Shown here: one piece after another, positions 9,037 to 18,947 of the stretch
Numbering within the stretch: position 1 is the first letter of the stretch
Layout: each line of letters starts with the position of its first letter
NCBI GenBank assembly: GCA_023247725.1
Contig: JAHFFW010000004.1
Location: 19,921 to 83,920, forward strand
From: Candidatus Omnitrophota bacterium
GTDB lineage: Bacteria > Omnitrophota > Gorgyraeia > Zapsychrales > JAHFFX01
Reading direction: 5' to 3'
Length of the DNA: 64,000 nt
The notes under the pieces: generated by a model
Database searches by the model: none
What the model saw: only the letters and a program-made list of their open reading frames with translations
Told to the model about the DNA's origin: nothing
Position numbers and translations under genes: made by a program

Positions 9037-11076
9037 ATGAAAAAACGTCTCATTTATCTTGCGGATTTGACCCATACCGGAGCGGGCATTGCCTCCAACG
9101 TTTTTCCTCTGGCCATCGGGCTTGTGGCTTCTTATGTTCAAGAAATTTACCAAGAAAAGTACGGAATTGAGCTTTTCAAATATCCCGATGACTTGAATCA
9201 AGCCTTGAAAAGGGAAACCCCGGATATCGTCGGATTCTCCAATTACTCGTGGAATTGCCATTTGTCCTATCAATTCGCGAAAGCGATCAAGGAACAATTT
9301 CCGCAAACGATCGTTGTCTTTGGCGGGCCGAATTATGGATTGACGGATCCGGAAGTTCGAGAGTTTTGGTCCCGTTTCCCGCGGTTGGATTTCTACCTGG
9401 TCAAAGAGGGCGAACTGGCATTCGTAAAATTGCTCGAGCAGCTGGAGCGTTATGGTTTTGATGCCCCGGCGTTAAAGAACTCTGACGAATGCATTTCGAA
9501 TGCCCATTATGTCGGTGAGAACGGGTTGACGAAAGGTGAGGTCCTGCCGCGGCTCGCCGATTTGCAGGTTTTGGGATCGCCTTACTTAAAGGGGTTCATG
9601 GACAAATTTTTTGACTCGGTCCTCATCCCCATGATTCATACGACCAGAGGCTGCCCCTTTACGTGCACCTTCTGCACCGAAGGCAATCTCTATTACAATA
9701 AGGTCGCCCAGCGCCTGGATCTTAAGGAGGAATTGGAATACATTGCCCAACGAAGAAAAGGAGTGCAGGATTTACTGATCACCGACGCGAATTTTGGCAT
9801 GTACGCCGAAGACATCGCCAAGGCTCAGGTGATCCACAAGGTTCAGGAGAAATATGATTGGCCTCGTCGGATCATTGTTTCGACGGGAAAAAATAAAAAG
9901 GAACGGATTATTGAAGTCGCCTCGATCGTTGGGGGGGCCTTGAGTTTCGCGGCCTCTTTACAATCGACCAACAAGGAAATCCTCAAAAATATCAGCCGGC
10001 AGAATATTTCTTTGGAGGTGCTCAACGAGATTGTGGAAAAAGCCCAGCATATCGGAACGACCACTTATACAGAATTGATTTTGTGCCTTCCCGGAGATAC
10101 GCTTCAAACCCATCTGCAGAGTTTAAAAGATGTCGTCGATTCCAATCTGGACAACATCCGCATGTATCAGCTGATCTTGCTACCCCAGACCGAGATGAAT
10201 ACTCCGCAAAGCCGGCAAATTTATGGATTCATCACCAAATTCCGCATTAATCCGCGCAGTTTCGGAAGGTATGAAGTCCTCAATCGAAACGTTGCTTCTA
10301 TTGAAAGCGAAGAGATTGTTGTCGCCAACAACACGTTGTCGGCGGGAGATTACCTGATGTGCCGGGAGATGGATTTTACCGTTGAGGTGGTCCACAATAC
10401 CCAGCTTTTTACAGAACTCTGTGGCCTTTGCAAATATTTTAGGATCTCATGGTTCGATTTTCTTTTGCGATTTTACCAGAAGGCGCGGCAACCGAATTCG
10501 GGACTCCAGGAACTTTACGACACCTTTAAAACGGACACCCTCAGAGGCCTTTGGGCTTCCTGGCAAGTGTTGGAAGAAGCCTCGGAATCCCTGATCGATG
10601 GTCTACTCTTTGATAGCGAGGGCACCAATGAAATGGCCAAAGGCAAGGCGCTGGCGTTTTTTCGGTATTTTTCGCAAATCAATGAACTGGTTTCCGGGGA
10701 GTTTAAAACATACCTCGACGATCAAAGGTTGGGGAATGGGTGTTTGGCGCTTTATCTGGAACAGTTGAAACAGTTGAATTATGCCAGAAAACAAGACTTT
10801 CTTGAGATCACGTCGCAAAGAAAAGCCTTGTCCCTAAATTTTGATTTCGAGCAATTGGCGCGATGCAACTACCGCGCCGATCCGCAGACTTATTTTAGTG
10901 CCCAACCGCTGATGCTCGAGATTTACCATGATCATCGCCAGATTGAAAAAATCGACGCTTACGTTCAACAATATGGCAAGAAGGTCGATGGTCTGGGTCG
11001 AATCATGATGCGGGCACCCGTTGGGAAGTTATTTAGGACCATGAAGACCAGAACATATTCCCTCAGTCGTGGATAA
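9037..11076 (+). CDS. Cobalamin-binding radical SAM enzyme with long C-terminal extension
   Basis: GFSNYSWN, GGPN, EGE, RGCPFTCTFC, DANFG, LPGDT. Confidence 0.9.
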   Translation: MKKRLIYLADLTHTGAGIASNVFPLAIGLVASYVQEIYQEKYGIELFKYPDDLNQALKRETPDIVGFSNYSWNCHLSYQFAKAIKEQFPQTIVVFGGPNYGLTDPEVREFWSRFPRLDFYLVKEGELAFVKLLEQLERYGFDAPALKNSDECISNAHYVGENGLTKGEVLPRLADLQVLGSPYLKGFMDKFFDSVLIPMIHTTRGCPFTCTFCTEGNLYYNKVAQRLDLKEELEYIAQRRKGVQDLLITDANFGMYAEDIAKAQVIHKVQEKYDWPRRIIVSTGKNKKERIIEVASIVGGALSFAASLQSTNKEILKNISRQNISLEVLNEIVEKAQHIGTTTYTELILCLPGDTLQTHLQSLKDVVDSNLDNIRMYQLILLPQTEMNTPQSRQIYGFITKFRINPRSFGRYEVLNRNVASIESEEIVVANNTLSAGDYLMCREMDFTVEVVHNTQLFTELCGLCKYFRISWFDFLLRFYQKARQPNSGLQELYDTFKTDTLRGLWASWQVLEEASESLIDGLLFDSEGTNEMAKGKALAFFRYFSQINELVSGEFKTYLDDQRLGNGCLALYLEQLKQLNYARKQDFLEITSQRKALSLNFDFEQLARCNYRADPQTYFSAQPLMLEIYHDHRQIEKIDAYVQQYGKKVDGLGRIMMRAPVGKLFRTMKTRTYSLSRG

Positions 11077-11887
11077 AGGATTGAAGGGCAAGCGAATTCT
11101 TGTGCTGGGCGCGGCCAATGGCATAGGGCGAAGCCTCGCCTTGGATTTGGCCCGCCGTAAGGCCGATCTTTTTTTATTGGATATTGATAAAAAATTGACT
11201 GTCTTTTGTCAACGGCTCAACCGATACACTCGCTGCCAGGGCTATGTCTGCGATTTGGCGGATCACGCTCAGGTTGCGGACCGTCTGGTTTTTTTGCTGG
11301 CGAAAGGGGGACTGGATGGAATCGTTTATGTCGTTCGCGGTCGGCAAAAATATCCTTATTCCGACCTGGATGAGAAGAAGTGGAAAAAAGATCTGGGCCT
11401 GACCGTGGAGGCCATCCTTTACATCATCCAGCGGTTGTGGAAAGAAAAGAAAATCAATTCTTATGCGAGCATTGTGCTTTTGTCCTCTGTTTTGTCACAG
11501 TATGCGGGAGCCGAAAGCATTTCTTATCATATGTCGAAGTCGGCTCTGGAGTCGATGTGCCGGTACCTGACGGTCGAAATGGGAATTCATCACATCCGCA
11601 CAAATATTTTACAGCTTGGCCATTTTGTAAAGGATGAATTTAAGGAACGGTTCTATTCAAAAGAGAATACGGCCTATCGGTTTTGGCTGGAACGGGTCCA
11701 GCCTTTACGACGCGTGGGGCATAATGTCGACGCGGTGGGACCGATCACGTTTCTTTTATCCGATCAATCCGCTTTTATGACCGGTCAGACCATGTGCGTG
11801 GACGGGGGTCTGACGATTCAGGAACCTTCCAAACTTGTTCGGGATTTTTTATTGGAGCCAAGGGTAAAACTTGACGGAAAAAAATAA
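11069..11887 (+). CDS. Short-chain dehydrogenase/reductase (SDR)
   Basis: GAANGIG, YHMSK catalytic motif, TGQTMCVDGG. Confidence 0.88.
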   Translation: MDKGLKGKRILVLGAANGIGRSLALDLARRKADLFLLDIDKKLTVFCQRLNRYTRCQGYVCDLADHAQVADRLVFLLAKGGLDGIVYVVRGRQKYPYSDLDEKKWKKDLGLTVEAILYIIQRLWKEKKINSYASIVLLSSVLSQYAGAESISYHMSKSALESMCRYLTVEMGIHHIRTNILQLGHFVKDEFKERFYSKENTAYRFWLERVQPLRRVGHNVDAVGPITFLLSDQSAFMTGQTMCVDGGLTIQEPSKLVRDFLLEPRVKLDGKK

Positions 11888-12662
11888 AGTTGTCTTGGTC
11901 ACGGGATCTTCGCAGGGTATCGGTAAGGCCACCGCGCTTTCCTTTTATCGCTCCGGGGACAGAGTTGTTTTTACCGGACGATCCTCCCAGAAAATAAAAA
12001 GGATCAAAAAAGACCTTAAAGATCCAGCGAGGGCTTTCATGCAAACGGCCGATTTGCGTTCTGCCAATTCTTGCCGTCGCCTGGTTGAGAAAATCGTACG
12101 AAAATGGGGCCGGATTGACATCCTGGTCAATAATTGTGGTGGCCTACCTGCCCGGGGTCGATTTCTTGACCTGGCGGAAAAAGCCTGGCGCGATTCTTTT
12201 GAATTGAATTTGTTGACGGCCGTGACGATGTCTCGGCGCGTTATTCCCTTCATGCAAAAGCACGGAGGAGGCCGCATTATCTTTGTTTCCTCATTTGTGG
12301 CGCTTCAGCCCGGGAGTTTTAACCCGCATTATTCGGCGATGAAAATGGCCCTGCTCAATCTGACCAAGCATCTGTCCTTGCAATTTGCCCAGGACAACAT
12401 CCTGGTCAATGCGGTCTTGCCGGGAAACATTCACACCGAAGGCTGGGAAACCTACCTGCTGGATAAATCGCGGCAGGAGCGCCGCGATTTATCCAGCGTG
12501 CAAAATGAAGAACATGAAAGGGTGGTGAAGGCTGTTCCCTTAAAGAGATTTGGCCGGCCGGAAGAAGTGGCTGAATTAATAAGATTTCTTTGCTCTGAGA
12601 CAGGAAGCTTTGTGACCGGCGCAAGTCTCATGATCGATGGAGGAATCCTGAAGGGCGTCTAA
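11871..12662 (+). CDS. SDR (FabG-like)
   Basis: TGSSQGIG, LVNNCG, YSAMK, GRPEEVA, TGASLMIDGG. Confidence 0.92.
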   Translation: MTEKNKVVLVTGSSQGIGKATALSFYRSGDRVVFTGRSSQKIKRIKKDLKDPARAFMQTADLRSANSCRRLVEKIVRKWGRIDILVNNCGGLPARGRFLDLAEKAWRDSFELNLLTAVTMSRRVIPFMQKHGGGRIIFVSSFVALQPGSFNPHYSAMKMALLNLTKHLSLQFAQDNILVNAVLPGNIHTEGWETYLLDKSRQERRDLSSVQNEEHERVVKAVPLKRFGRPEEVAELIRFLCSETGSFVTGASLMIDGGILKGV

Positions 12663-12715
12663 AACCGGCGGTGGGATTCTTTTTCGATCAAGATTCGAAT
12701 CGGGAGGCATTTGAG

Positions 12716-12832
12716 ATGTTTACCCTTGAGGAGTCGAAATTACTCATTCGTTTGATCCGTTATGCCAAATGGCTCATCATCACCCTGATGCTCGCGGGAA
12801 CGGCCGTGTATCTCTGGAAACATTTTGGATGA
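12716..12832 (+). CDS. Small single-TM membrane protein (38 aa), below the ORF-track cutoff
   Basis: GGGAGG SD at 12702-12707; MFTLEESKLLIRLIRYAKWLIITLMLAGTAVYLWKHFG; its TGA overlaps the next ATG (ATGA 12829-12832). Confidence 0.6.
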   Translation: MFTLEESKLLIRLIRYAKWLIITLMLAGTAVYLWKHFG

Positions 12833-13662
12833 ATGTGGGTCAGGATTCTAAAATTGTATTGATCGTCGGCGGTGCGGGAGGCATCGGCAAAAGGACCGCC
12901 GAATTATTATGGGAGCGAGACGATCACCTGATTGTTGCCGATCGGGATCAAAAGCGTTTGGATCAATTCAAAACCCAACATGACCATGCCGATAAAAAAC
13001 TATCTTGCCTGCTTTTTGATTTAACCGTTCCTGCCTCAAGGCAAGAGCTCATTTCATGGATCCGGGAAAAATTTGGAGTTTTGGATGTTTTGGTTGTCAC
13101 CGCAGCGGTTCATTCCACCTTTCCGGTTGAGTTTATGACCGATGAAACGATTGACCGCGTTTTAAATGTCAATCTCAACAGCCACATGAAGCTCGTCCGG
13201 GATTGCCTGCCACTGATTCGTGACGGCGGCAGGATCGTGGGAGTGAGCTCGATCGCCGCTCAAATTGGAATCCCCATGTCTTCGCTGTATTCCGCTTCCA
13301 AAGCCGGATTGGAAATGTTTTATGAATCATTGTCGGTCGAGGTCATGCACCGCCGGATCAAATGCATTGTCATCCAAATCGGAAATGTCAATACCGGGTT
13401 TAATGAAACCGGAAATGATTATCAACCGGTGGGAGACAGATCCATTGACGCCGGATATTCCAGGGTCGTCCGCAAGATTGACAGCCGTTATGGCATGGAT
13501 CCGGCGATCGTTGCTCAAACCATCCTTTCGGCGATGGAATCACGATCGCCGAAATTTTGTTATGTGGTGGGAGCCAATGCCAAAAAAGCGCATTGGGCCA
13601 AACGCCTTTTGGGACGGGACTGGGGCATTCGTTTGACGGCGAAATATTTTGGGTTTAAATAG
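12829..13662 (+). CDS. SDR
   Basis: GGAGGIG, YSASK; start set at the ATGA-coupled Met 12829. Confidence 0.88.
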   Translation: MNVGQDSKIVLIVGGAGGIGKRTAELLWERDDHLIVADRDQKRLDQFKTQHDHADKKLSCLLFDLTVPASRQELISWIREKFGVLDVLVVTAAVHSTFPVEFMTDETIDRVLNVNLNSHMKLVRDCLPLIRDGGRIVGVSSIAAQIGIPMSSLYSASKAGLEMFYESLSVEVMHRRIKCIVIQIGNVNTGFNETGNDYQPVGDRSIDAGYSRVVRKIDSRYGMDPAIVAQTILSAMESRSPKFCYVVGANAKKAHWAKRLLGRDWGIRLTAKYFGFK

Positions 13663-13678
13663 ATAGGATCATTTTACC

Positions 13679-15586
13679 ATGTGTGGCATCCTCGCGCATG
13701 TCGCCTTCCAGCCGGGAGCAAAAATTTCGCAACCCCATTTAAAGGCCCTCAATGAGCTTCAGTGGCATCGGGGGCCGGATTCCGGCGGCGTTTACCTTCA
13801 GGGACCCGTCGGGCTGGCGGTGCGGCGATTATCCATCATCGATTTGGAAAAAGGGGACCAGCCCATCACCTCGGCGGATGGTCGGTACACGATTGTCTTT
13901 AACGGAGAGATTTATAACCACGACGAGCTGCGCCGGAATTTGCTCAACCAAGGTTATCCCCTCAAAACCCGCAGCGACACCGAAACCCTGCTGTATTCCT
14001 ACATCGATCAGGGACCGGCTTGTTTGAAGTCTTTAAACGGCATGTTTGCCTTTGCCATTTGGGATGAGAATCAACAGCAACTTTTTGTGGCCAGAGACCG
14101 GCTGGGAATCAAGCCGCTTTACTATGCCCAAAACCAAGAACGAATCTTGTTCTCTTCGGAATTGACGCCGATCTATGCGAGCGGTTTTTTTGATTTGCGG
14201 TTCGATCTTAAGGCGATTTCCGACTATTTGGCCTACTGGTATATCTGCGAACCCCGAACCATTTTCCAGGATGTTTATCAATTGACTCCGGGAACTTATG
14301 CCATCCTTGGCGACGGGGAGCTTAAGAAATTCTGCTACTGGCAAGTTCCAGCTGAAAAAGAAGCAGACATCTCGTTTACTTCGGCCCGGGAACAATTGCA
14401 GGCGCTCATCCAGGATTCGGTCAAACTCCGAATGAAGGTGGATGTCCCCATTGGAACCTTTTTAAGCGGCGGCATTGATTCGGGAATCATCACCGCCTTG
14501 GCCGGCCAAGACCGTAAAGAAGAGCTCACGGCGTTTTGTATCGGCTTCCCGCAAGAAACGTATTCCGAGGTCAAGGAAGCGACGCTCACTGCGCGTCGTT
14601 ATGGTGTGAACCTGCGCGTTTGTCAACTCGAGGAGATGACAGCCCAGAGGGTTCAGAAGGTTTTGACTGCCTTCGATGAGCCACTGGGCAATGCCAGTTA
14701 TGTCCCAACTTTTTTTTTGGCGGAAGCGGCGCGAAAGGAATTGAAAGTTGTTTTGACTGGCGACGGTGGAGATGAACTGTTCGGAGGTTATCCCACTTAC
14801 CAGGCACCGTATTACCAAACCATGTATCAGCAGACACCGCGATTTCTCCGGCGGATAGGGAGGGATTTTGTCAACCATCTTCCCGTCTCCCATAACCGGA
14901 TCAGTTTAGATTACCGGCTTAAACAACTGTGGAAAGGTTTGGACCATCCTTTCGACCGGGCGCATTATACCTGGAGAGAAGTGGCTTCGCTTCATCTTCA
15001 GCACCGTTTGTTCCGGCCGGAATACCGGGAAGAATTGGAGGGCTATGATCCTTTTTCCGTTGCCGAGTTCTATTTTAAAAAAGGAAAGGCCTTGAGCGTG
15101 AAAAACCAGCTGATGTATGCGGATCTTCACACTTATTTGCTCAATGATCATCTGCGCAAAATCGACCGGATGACCATGGCGCATTCTTTGGAAGCCCGGC
15201 TTCCATACCTTGATTACCGAATTGTGGAATTGGCCATGCGGATGCCGGCGGATTTTAAAGTCACCTTCCGGCAAACCAAACGGATTCTCAAGGACCTGGC
15301 CAGGGATTATTTGCCGACGAAGATTATCAAAGGCACAAAGAAGGGGCTTACATCCCCGATAGCCCATTGGATTTCTTCTGATTTGAAAAGTTACGTGACC
15401 GAGGAATTGCAGGGAGGATTATTGGCCCAGTTCTTCGATCGAGAATTCATTCAAACCCTGATGGCCGAGCATGCAGAGAAAACATTTGATCATAGCCGGA
15501 CGATCTGGGCCCTGTTGACCTTGCAGGTTTGGGGGAAAAAGTTTCGACTTTTAAGCCGCAGCCTTAAAGAAAAATCATTTGTTTAA
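13679..15586 (+). CDS. asnB: Asparagine synthetase (glutamine-hydrolysing)-type amidotransferase
   Basis: N-terminal MCGI, HRGPD, RLSIID, NGEIYN, RDRLGIKPLYY, LSGGIDS, TGDGGDELFGGY; probably a glycan amidotransferase given context. Confidence 0.93.
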   Translation: MCGILAHVAFQPGAKISQPHLKALNELQWHRGPDSGGVYLQGPVGLAVRRLSIIDLEKGDQPITSADGRYTIVFNGEIYNHDELRRNLLNQGYPLKTRSDTETLLYSYIDQGPACLKSLNGMFAFAIWDENQQQLFVARDRLGIKPLYYAQNQERILFSSELTPIYASGFFDLRFDLKAISDYLAYWYICEPRTIFQDVYQLTPGTYAILGDGELKKFCYWQVPAEKEADISFTSAREQLQALIQDSVKLRMKVDVPIGTFLSGGIDSGIITALAGQDRKEELTAFCIGFPQETYSEVKEATLTARRYGVNLRVCQLEEMTAQRVQKVLTAFDEPLGNASYVPTFFLAEAARKELKVVLTGDGGDELFGGYPTYQAPYYQTMYQQTPRFLRRIGRDFVNHLPVSHNRISLDYRLKQLWKGLDHPFDRAHYTWREVASLHLQHRLFRPEYREELEGYDPFSVAEFYFKKGKALSVKNQLMYADLHTYLLNDHLRKIDRMTMAHSLEARLPYLDYRIVELAMRMPADFKVTFRQTKRILKDLARDYLPTKIIKGTKKGLTSPIAHWISSDLKSYVTEELQGGLLAQFFDREFIQTLMAEHAEKTFDHSRTIWALLTLQVWGKKFRLLSRSLKEKSFV

Positions 15587-15603
15587 AAAATCCGGGAGGC
15601 TTT

Positions 15604-15963
15604 ATGAATCATCGATGGTCGGGATGGGTCGATTTTATGGCAAGATGTTTTATCATCGCGTTCATGGTTTATTTGGCCTTGTCCGCTTTTTTTATTTCGG
15701 ATTTTAAAAAGCTCTCCCGGCTTTTGGATTCGGTGGAAAAAGAAATGCAGACCTTCACTCAGCAGAACAAAATCTATTCGACCTTTTTTACCACTGGAAA
15801 TCCAGAAATCCTTTATGTCATTGCCTTGCAAGATGAACAGAACGGCGATCTCGGTGGGGCCGCAAAGAAACTGTTGACGGCCATTCAAGTTTCGGATTTG
15901 AACAGCCAAAAATACCGCGCGAAGCTACAGGCACTTCTGGGAAAGTCCGGGCAGAATCCCTAA
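15604..15963 (+). CDS. Hypothetical protein, N-terminal TM with a TPR-like helical C-terminus
   Basis: GGAGG SD; hydrophobic FIIAFMVYLALSAFFI; amphipathic helices. Confidence 0.6.
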   Translation: MNHRWSGWVDFMARCFIIAFMVYLALSAFFISDFKKLSRLLDSVEKEMQTFTQQNKIYSTFFTTGNPEILYVIALQDEQNGDLGGAAKKLLTAIQVSDLNSQKYRAKLQALLGKSGQNP

Positions 15964-15974
15964 GTCTTCATTCC

Positions 15975-16316
15975 ATGTCATCCAGTTATGACGCGGTGAT
16001 TTCTTCTCTGGTCAAGGGTTTGCTTGATGATCAGGCGAATCCGGTCCTTGTTGAGCAAACCGCCCAACAGATGAGGAAAACTGTTCGACACATGCCGAGG
16101 CATCTGTCCCTGCCCATTATTTTTCTAACCCTTTGTTTTGATTGGGCGGGAATCTTGCGTGGAGGTCGAATCTTTCGATGTCAATCCGCTGTTTCTCAGC
16201 GGGCACAGATTGAAGATTGGAAAAAAAGTTTTTTATCGCCTTGTCGGGAGTTGATCCGTTTTCATGAAAAAATGAGCGGATTTATCTATTACTCCTATTC
16301 CCCGACGAAGAATTGA
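15975..16316 (+). CDS. Hypothetical protein, possible small partner subunit of the GMC oxidoreductase
   Basis: Directly upstream of the GMC gene; helical, ending in a YYS motif like gluconate-2-dehydrogenase subunit-3-type partners (weak). Confidence 0.5.
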   Translation: MSSSYDAVISSLVKGLLDDQANPVLVEQTAQQMRKTVRHMPRHLSLPIIFLTLCFDWAGILRGGRIFRCQSAVSQRAQIEDWKKSFLSPCRELIRFHEKMSGFIYYSYSPTKN

Positions 16317-16341
16317 AAATGGCTTAAGGCTCTTTATTCCC

Positions 16342-17784
16342 ATGCTGCAGAATCGTTTAGATTGTGAGGTGCTCGTCGTCGGTTCCGGACCCGGCGGGGC
16401 CAATACCGCCTATCTATTGGCGCAAGCGGGCAAGGATGTAATCCTTGCCGAAGAAGGGGAGAATTTGACGGTTGAGCAAACCCCGGCCTATTCGCTGGAA
16501 GAAATGAAATCAAAATACCGTCATGGCGGTATGACGGTGGCCTTGGGCAAACCGAGCGTAGCCTATCTCGAGGGCTGCTGTGTCGGCGGAGGCAGTGAGA
16601 TCAATGCCGGTTTATACCACTATCCTTCACCGGAAGTTTTAGAAGAGTGGGTTAAAGATTTTGCTATTCGTGATTTTGGATTTGGGAAGCTGGAGCCTTT
16701 TTTCAAATCCTGTGAGCAAGATATTTCGGTTTCTTCCATGCCTGGTCAGGTGGGCTCAGCCTCTTTGAAGCTGCAGGAAGGAGCCCGCAAGCTCAATTGG
16801 AAAACTGCACAGATCCCTCGCTGCTGGAAATATGAATGTTTATCCGACGGAACCTGGCATTCTTCCCGGCAGTCGATGACCGAAACCATCATCCCCAAGG
16901 CCTTGCGTCATGGCTGCCGATTGCTGACGCGAGCTAAGGTCAAAAGACTTTGTTTGAAAAATCATCGAGCCGATCACGCCTTGGTGAGTTCCGTTACGAA
17001 AGCTGGTGAACAAAGTTTGACCACGATTAATTTTCGCCAGGTTTTCGTCTGTGGGGGCGCCGTGCAAACTCCGGCCCTTTTGAGGCGCAGCGGAATTAAG
17101 AAGAATATTGGCAATTCGCTGCGGATGCACCCGGCCATCCGGATGGTGGCAAAATTTTCCGAAGCAGTCAACGAAGAGCAAGAAGGCGTTCCGGTCGTTC
17201 AGGTGGAAGAATTCAAACCCCGTTTGACCCTGGGTGGATCTTACAGCGCCCTACCGCATCTGGCGTTGTGGTTAGGTCCACAGCGCATACAGAAGCTTCT
17301 TCCGGTTTGGAAAAATTTGGCCATGTTTTATGCGCTCATTGTCGGTCAAGGAGCTGGAACCGTAAGAAATATTCCCTGGACGGATGAGCCCTGGGTTCGC
17401 ATGCCTCTGACCAGGACGGATGCCAGTTCTTTCCGGGAAGGTTTAGAACTCTTGGGCCGTTTGCTATTTGCCGCTGGAGCGACGGAAATATTTCCACCGA
17501 TGCAGGGGTTGGAAATCTTAAAAACCCCAGACGATTTAAAAATATTCTTGGGCAACTTATCTTTGAATAAAATGGATATCTCGACGATTCATTTATTTAG
17601 CAGCTGTCCGATGGGAGAAAAGACAGAACTCTGCGCCGTGGATTCCTACGGAAAATTGCATGGCTTTAAGAATATTTATCTTAATGACGCGAGCATTTTG
17701 CCCAGCGCCCCCAGGGTGAACCCCCAGGCGCTCATCATGGCGATTGCCCGGCGAAATACAGCGAAATTTTTAGAAAATATTTGA
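16342..17784 (+). CDS. GMC family oxidoreductase
   Basis: GSGPGG, GCCVGGGSEINAG, GGAVQTPALL, H...SCPMG, DASILPSAPRVNPQ. Confidence 0.92.
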   Translation: MLQNRLDCEVLVVGSGPGGANTAYLLAQAGKDVILAEEGENLTVEQTPAYSLEEMKSKYRHGGMTVALGKPSVAYLEGCCVGGGSEINAGLYHYPSPEVLEEWVKDFAIRDFGFGKLEPFFKSCEQDISVSSMPGQVGSASLKLQEGARKLNWKTAQIPRCWKYECLSDGTWHSSRQSMTETIIPKALRHGCRLLTRAKVKRLCLKNHRADHALVSSVTKAGEQSLTTINFRQVFVCGGAVQTPALLRRSGIKKNIGNSLRMHPAIRMVAKFSEAVNEEQEGVPVVQVEEFKPRLTLGGSYSALPHLALWLGPQRIQKLLPVWKNLAMFYALIVGQGAGTVRNIPWTDEPWVRMPLTRTDASSFREGLELLGRLLFAAGATEIFPPMQGLEILKTPDDLKIFLGNLSLNKMDISTIHLFSSCPMGEKTELCAVDSYGKLHGFKNIYLNDASILPSAPRVNPQALIMAIARRNTAKFLENI

Positions 17785-17793
17785 AGGGCTTCT

Positions 17794-17821
17794 TTGCAAA
17801 GCCTTGCCCCAACGATATAAT
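17794..17821 (+). promoter_or_regulatory. Putative sigma70 promoter (internal to the cluster)
   Basis: TTGCAA-N16-TATAAT upstream of the E1 beta gene. Confidence 0.55.
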
Positions 17822-17870
17822 GAACCAATTCCACCTGCAATGATCGCGCATTCAATCAGAATCTAAGTTC

Positions 17871-18908
17871 ATGGCAAGTCGAATGATTAGCTACGCGCAG
17901 GCCATCTCGGAAGCCACGGTTCAAGCCATGGAGGCTGATCCGAATGTTTTTGTGTTCGGCCTGGGGGTGGATGATTTTAAAGGAATTTTTAACACCACCA
18001 GAGAAGCCTTTGCGAAGTTTGGATCCTCCCGCGTCGTCGGAACTCCCGCAAGTGAAAATGCATTAACCGGCATCGCCATTGGAGCGGCCTTAAATGGGAA
18101 AAGGCCGATTCTGGTTCACGCCCGCAATGACTTTATGTTTCTGGCGCTCGACCAGATGCTCAATAATGCGGCCAAATGGAAATATTCTTATGCCGGACAA
18201 TCGAGCGTTCCGATCGTCGTGCGCGGGATCATCGGCAAGGGCTGGGGGCAGGGACCGACGCATTCCCAGAGCATTCAATCCATCTTTGCGCATTTTCCGG
18301 GGCTTTATGTCGCCATGCCGTCGGGCGCGTATGTGGCCAAAGGATTGCTGATAAAAAGCCTGCAGATCGATACGCCGGTTGTGCTCCTCGAGCACCGGGC
18401 TCTTTATGATCTCAAGGAAGCAGTTCCGGAAAAATCCTACACTTTGGATTTTGGCAAGGCACGGGTTGTTCGCCTTGGGAGAGACATCACGATCGTTGCG
18501 ACATCCTTCATGGTTCCGGAGGCGGTTAAGGCGGCTGACATTCTTCAATCCCAAGGGATTGATCCGGAGATCATCGATCCGGTCAGTCTTAATCCGCTGG
18601 ATGAAGAAACCATTCTCAACTCAGTTGCTAAAACCGGACGGTTGCTGTGCGCCGACACGAGCTGGCGGCGTTGCGGCTTCGCCGCGGAAGTCGCGGCCAT
18701 CGTCGCCGAGAAAAGTTTTGGTTCGCTCAAGGGACCGGTCAAAAGGATCACCCTTGCGGATTGCCCGTGTCCGGTTTCACAAAAACTAGAAGCAGAATTC
18801 TATCCCAGCTTCCAAACGATCGTGAATTCGGTTTATGCCATGTTGGACCGAAAAGAAAAATTTCAAATGGAAAGTCCCAAAGCCGACGTGTTTATTGGAC
18901 CCTATTGA
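17871..18908 (+). CDS. ThDP-dependent dehydrogenase E1 beta-like subunit
   Basis: TPASENALTGIAIGAA, GPTHSQ, PVVLLEHR, C-terminal transketolase domain. Confidence 0.92.
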   Translation: MASRMISYAQAISEATVQAMEADPNVFVFGLGVDDFKGIFNTTREAFAKFGSSRVVGTPASENALTGIAIGAALNGKRPILVHARNDFMFLALDQMLNNAAKWKYSYAGQSSVPIVVRGIIGKGWGQGPTHSQSIQSIFAHFPGLYVAMPSGAYVAKGLLIKSLQIDTPVVLLEHRALYDLKEAVPEKSYTLDFGKARVVRLGRDITIVATSFMVPEAVKAADILQSQGIDPEIIDPVSLNPLDEETILNSVAKTGRLLCADTSWRRCGFAAEVAAIVAEKSFGSLKGPVKRITLADCPCPVSQKLEAEFYPSFQTIVNSVYAMLDRKEKFQMESPKADVFIGPY

Positions 18909-18947
18909 TCGCACGAACTTTATTACCGCAAAATTGAACTCATCAAA

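Noticed and set aside
14710-14718. T9 tract as a phase-variation site (also 24827-24835)
   Set aside because: Long T/A runs are common throughout this window (Phe/Lys codons), and both genes are in frame
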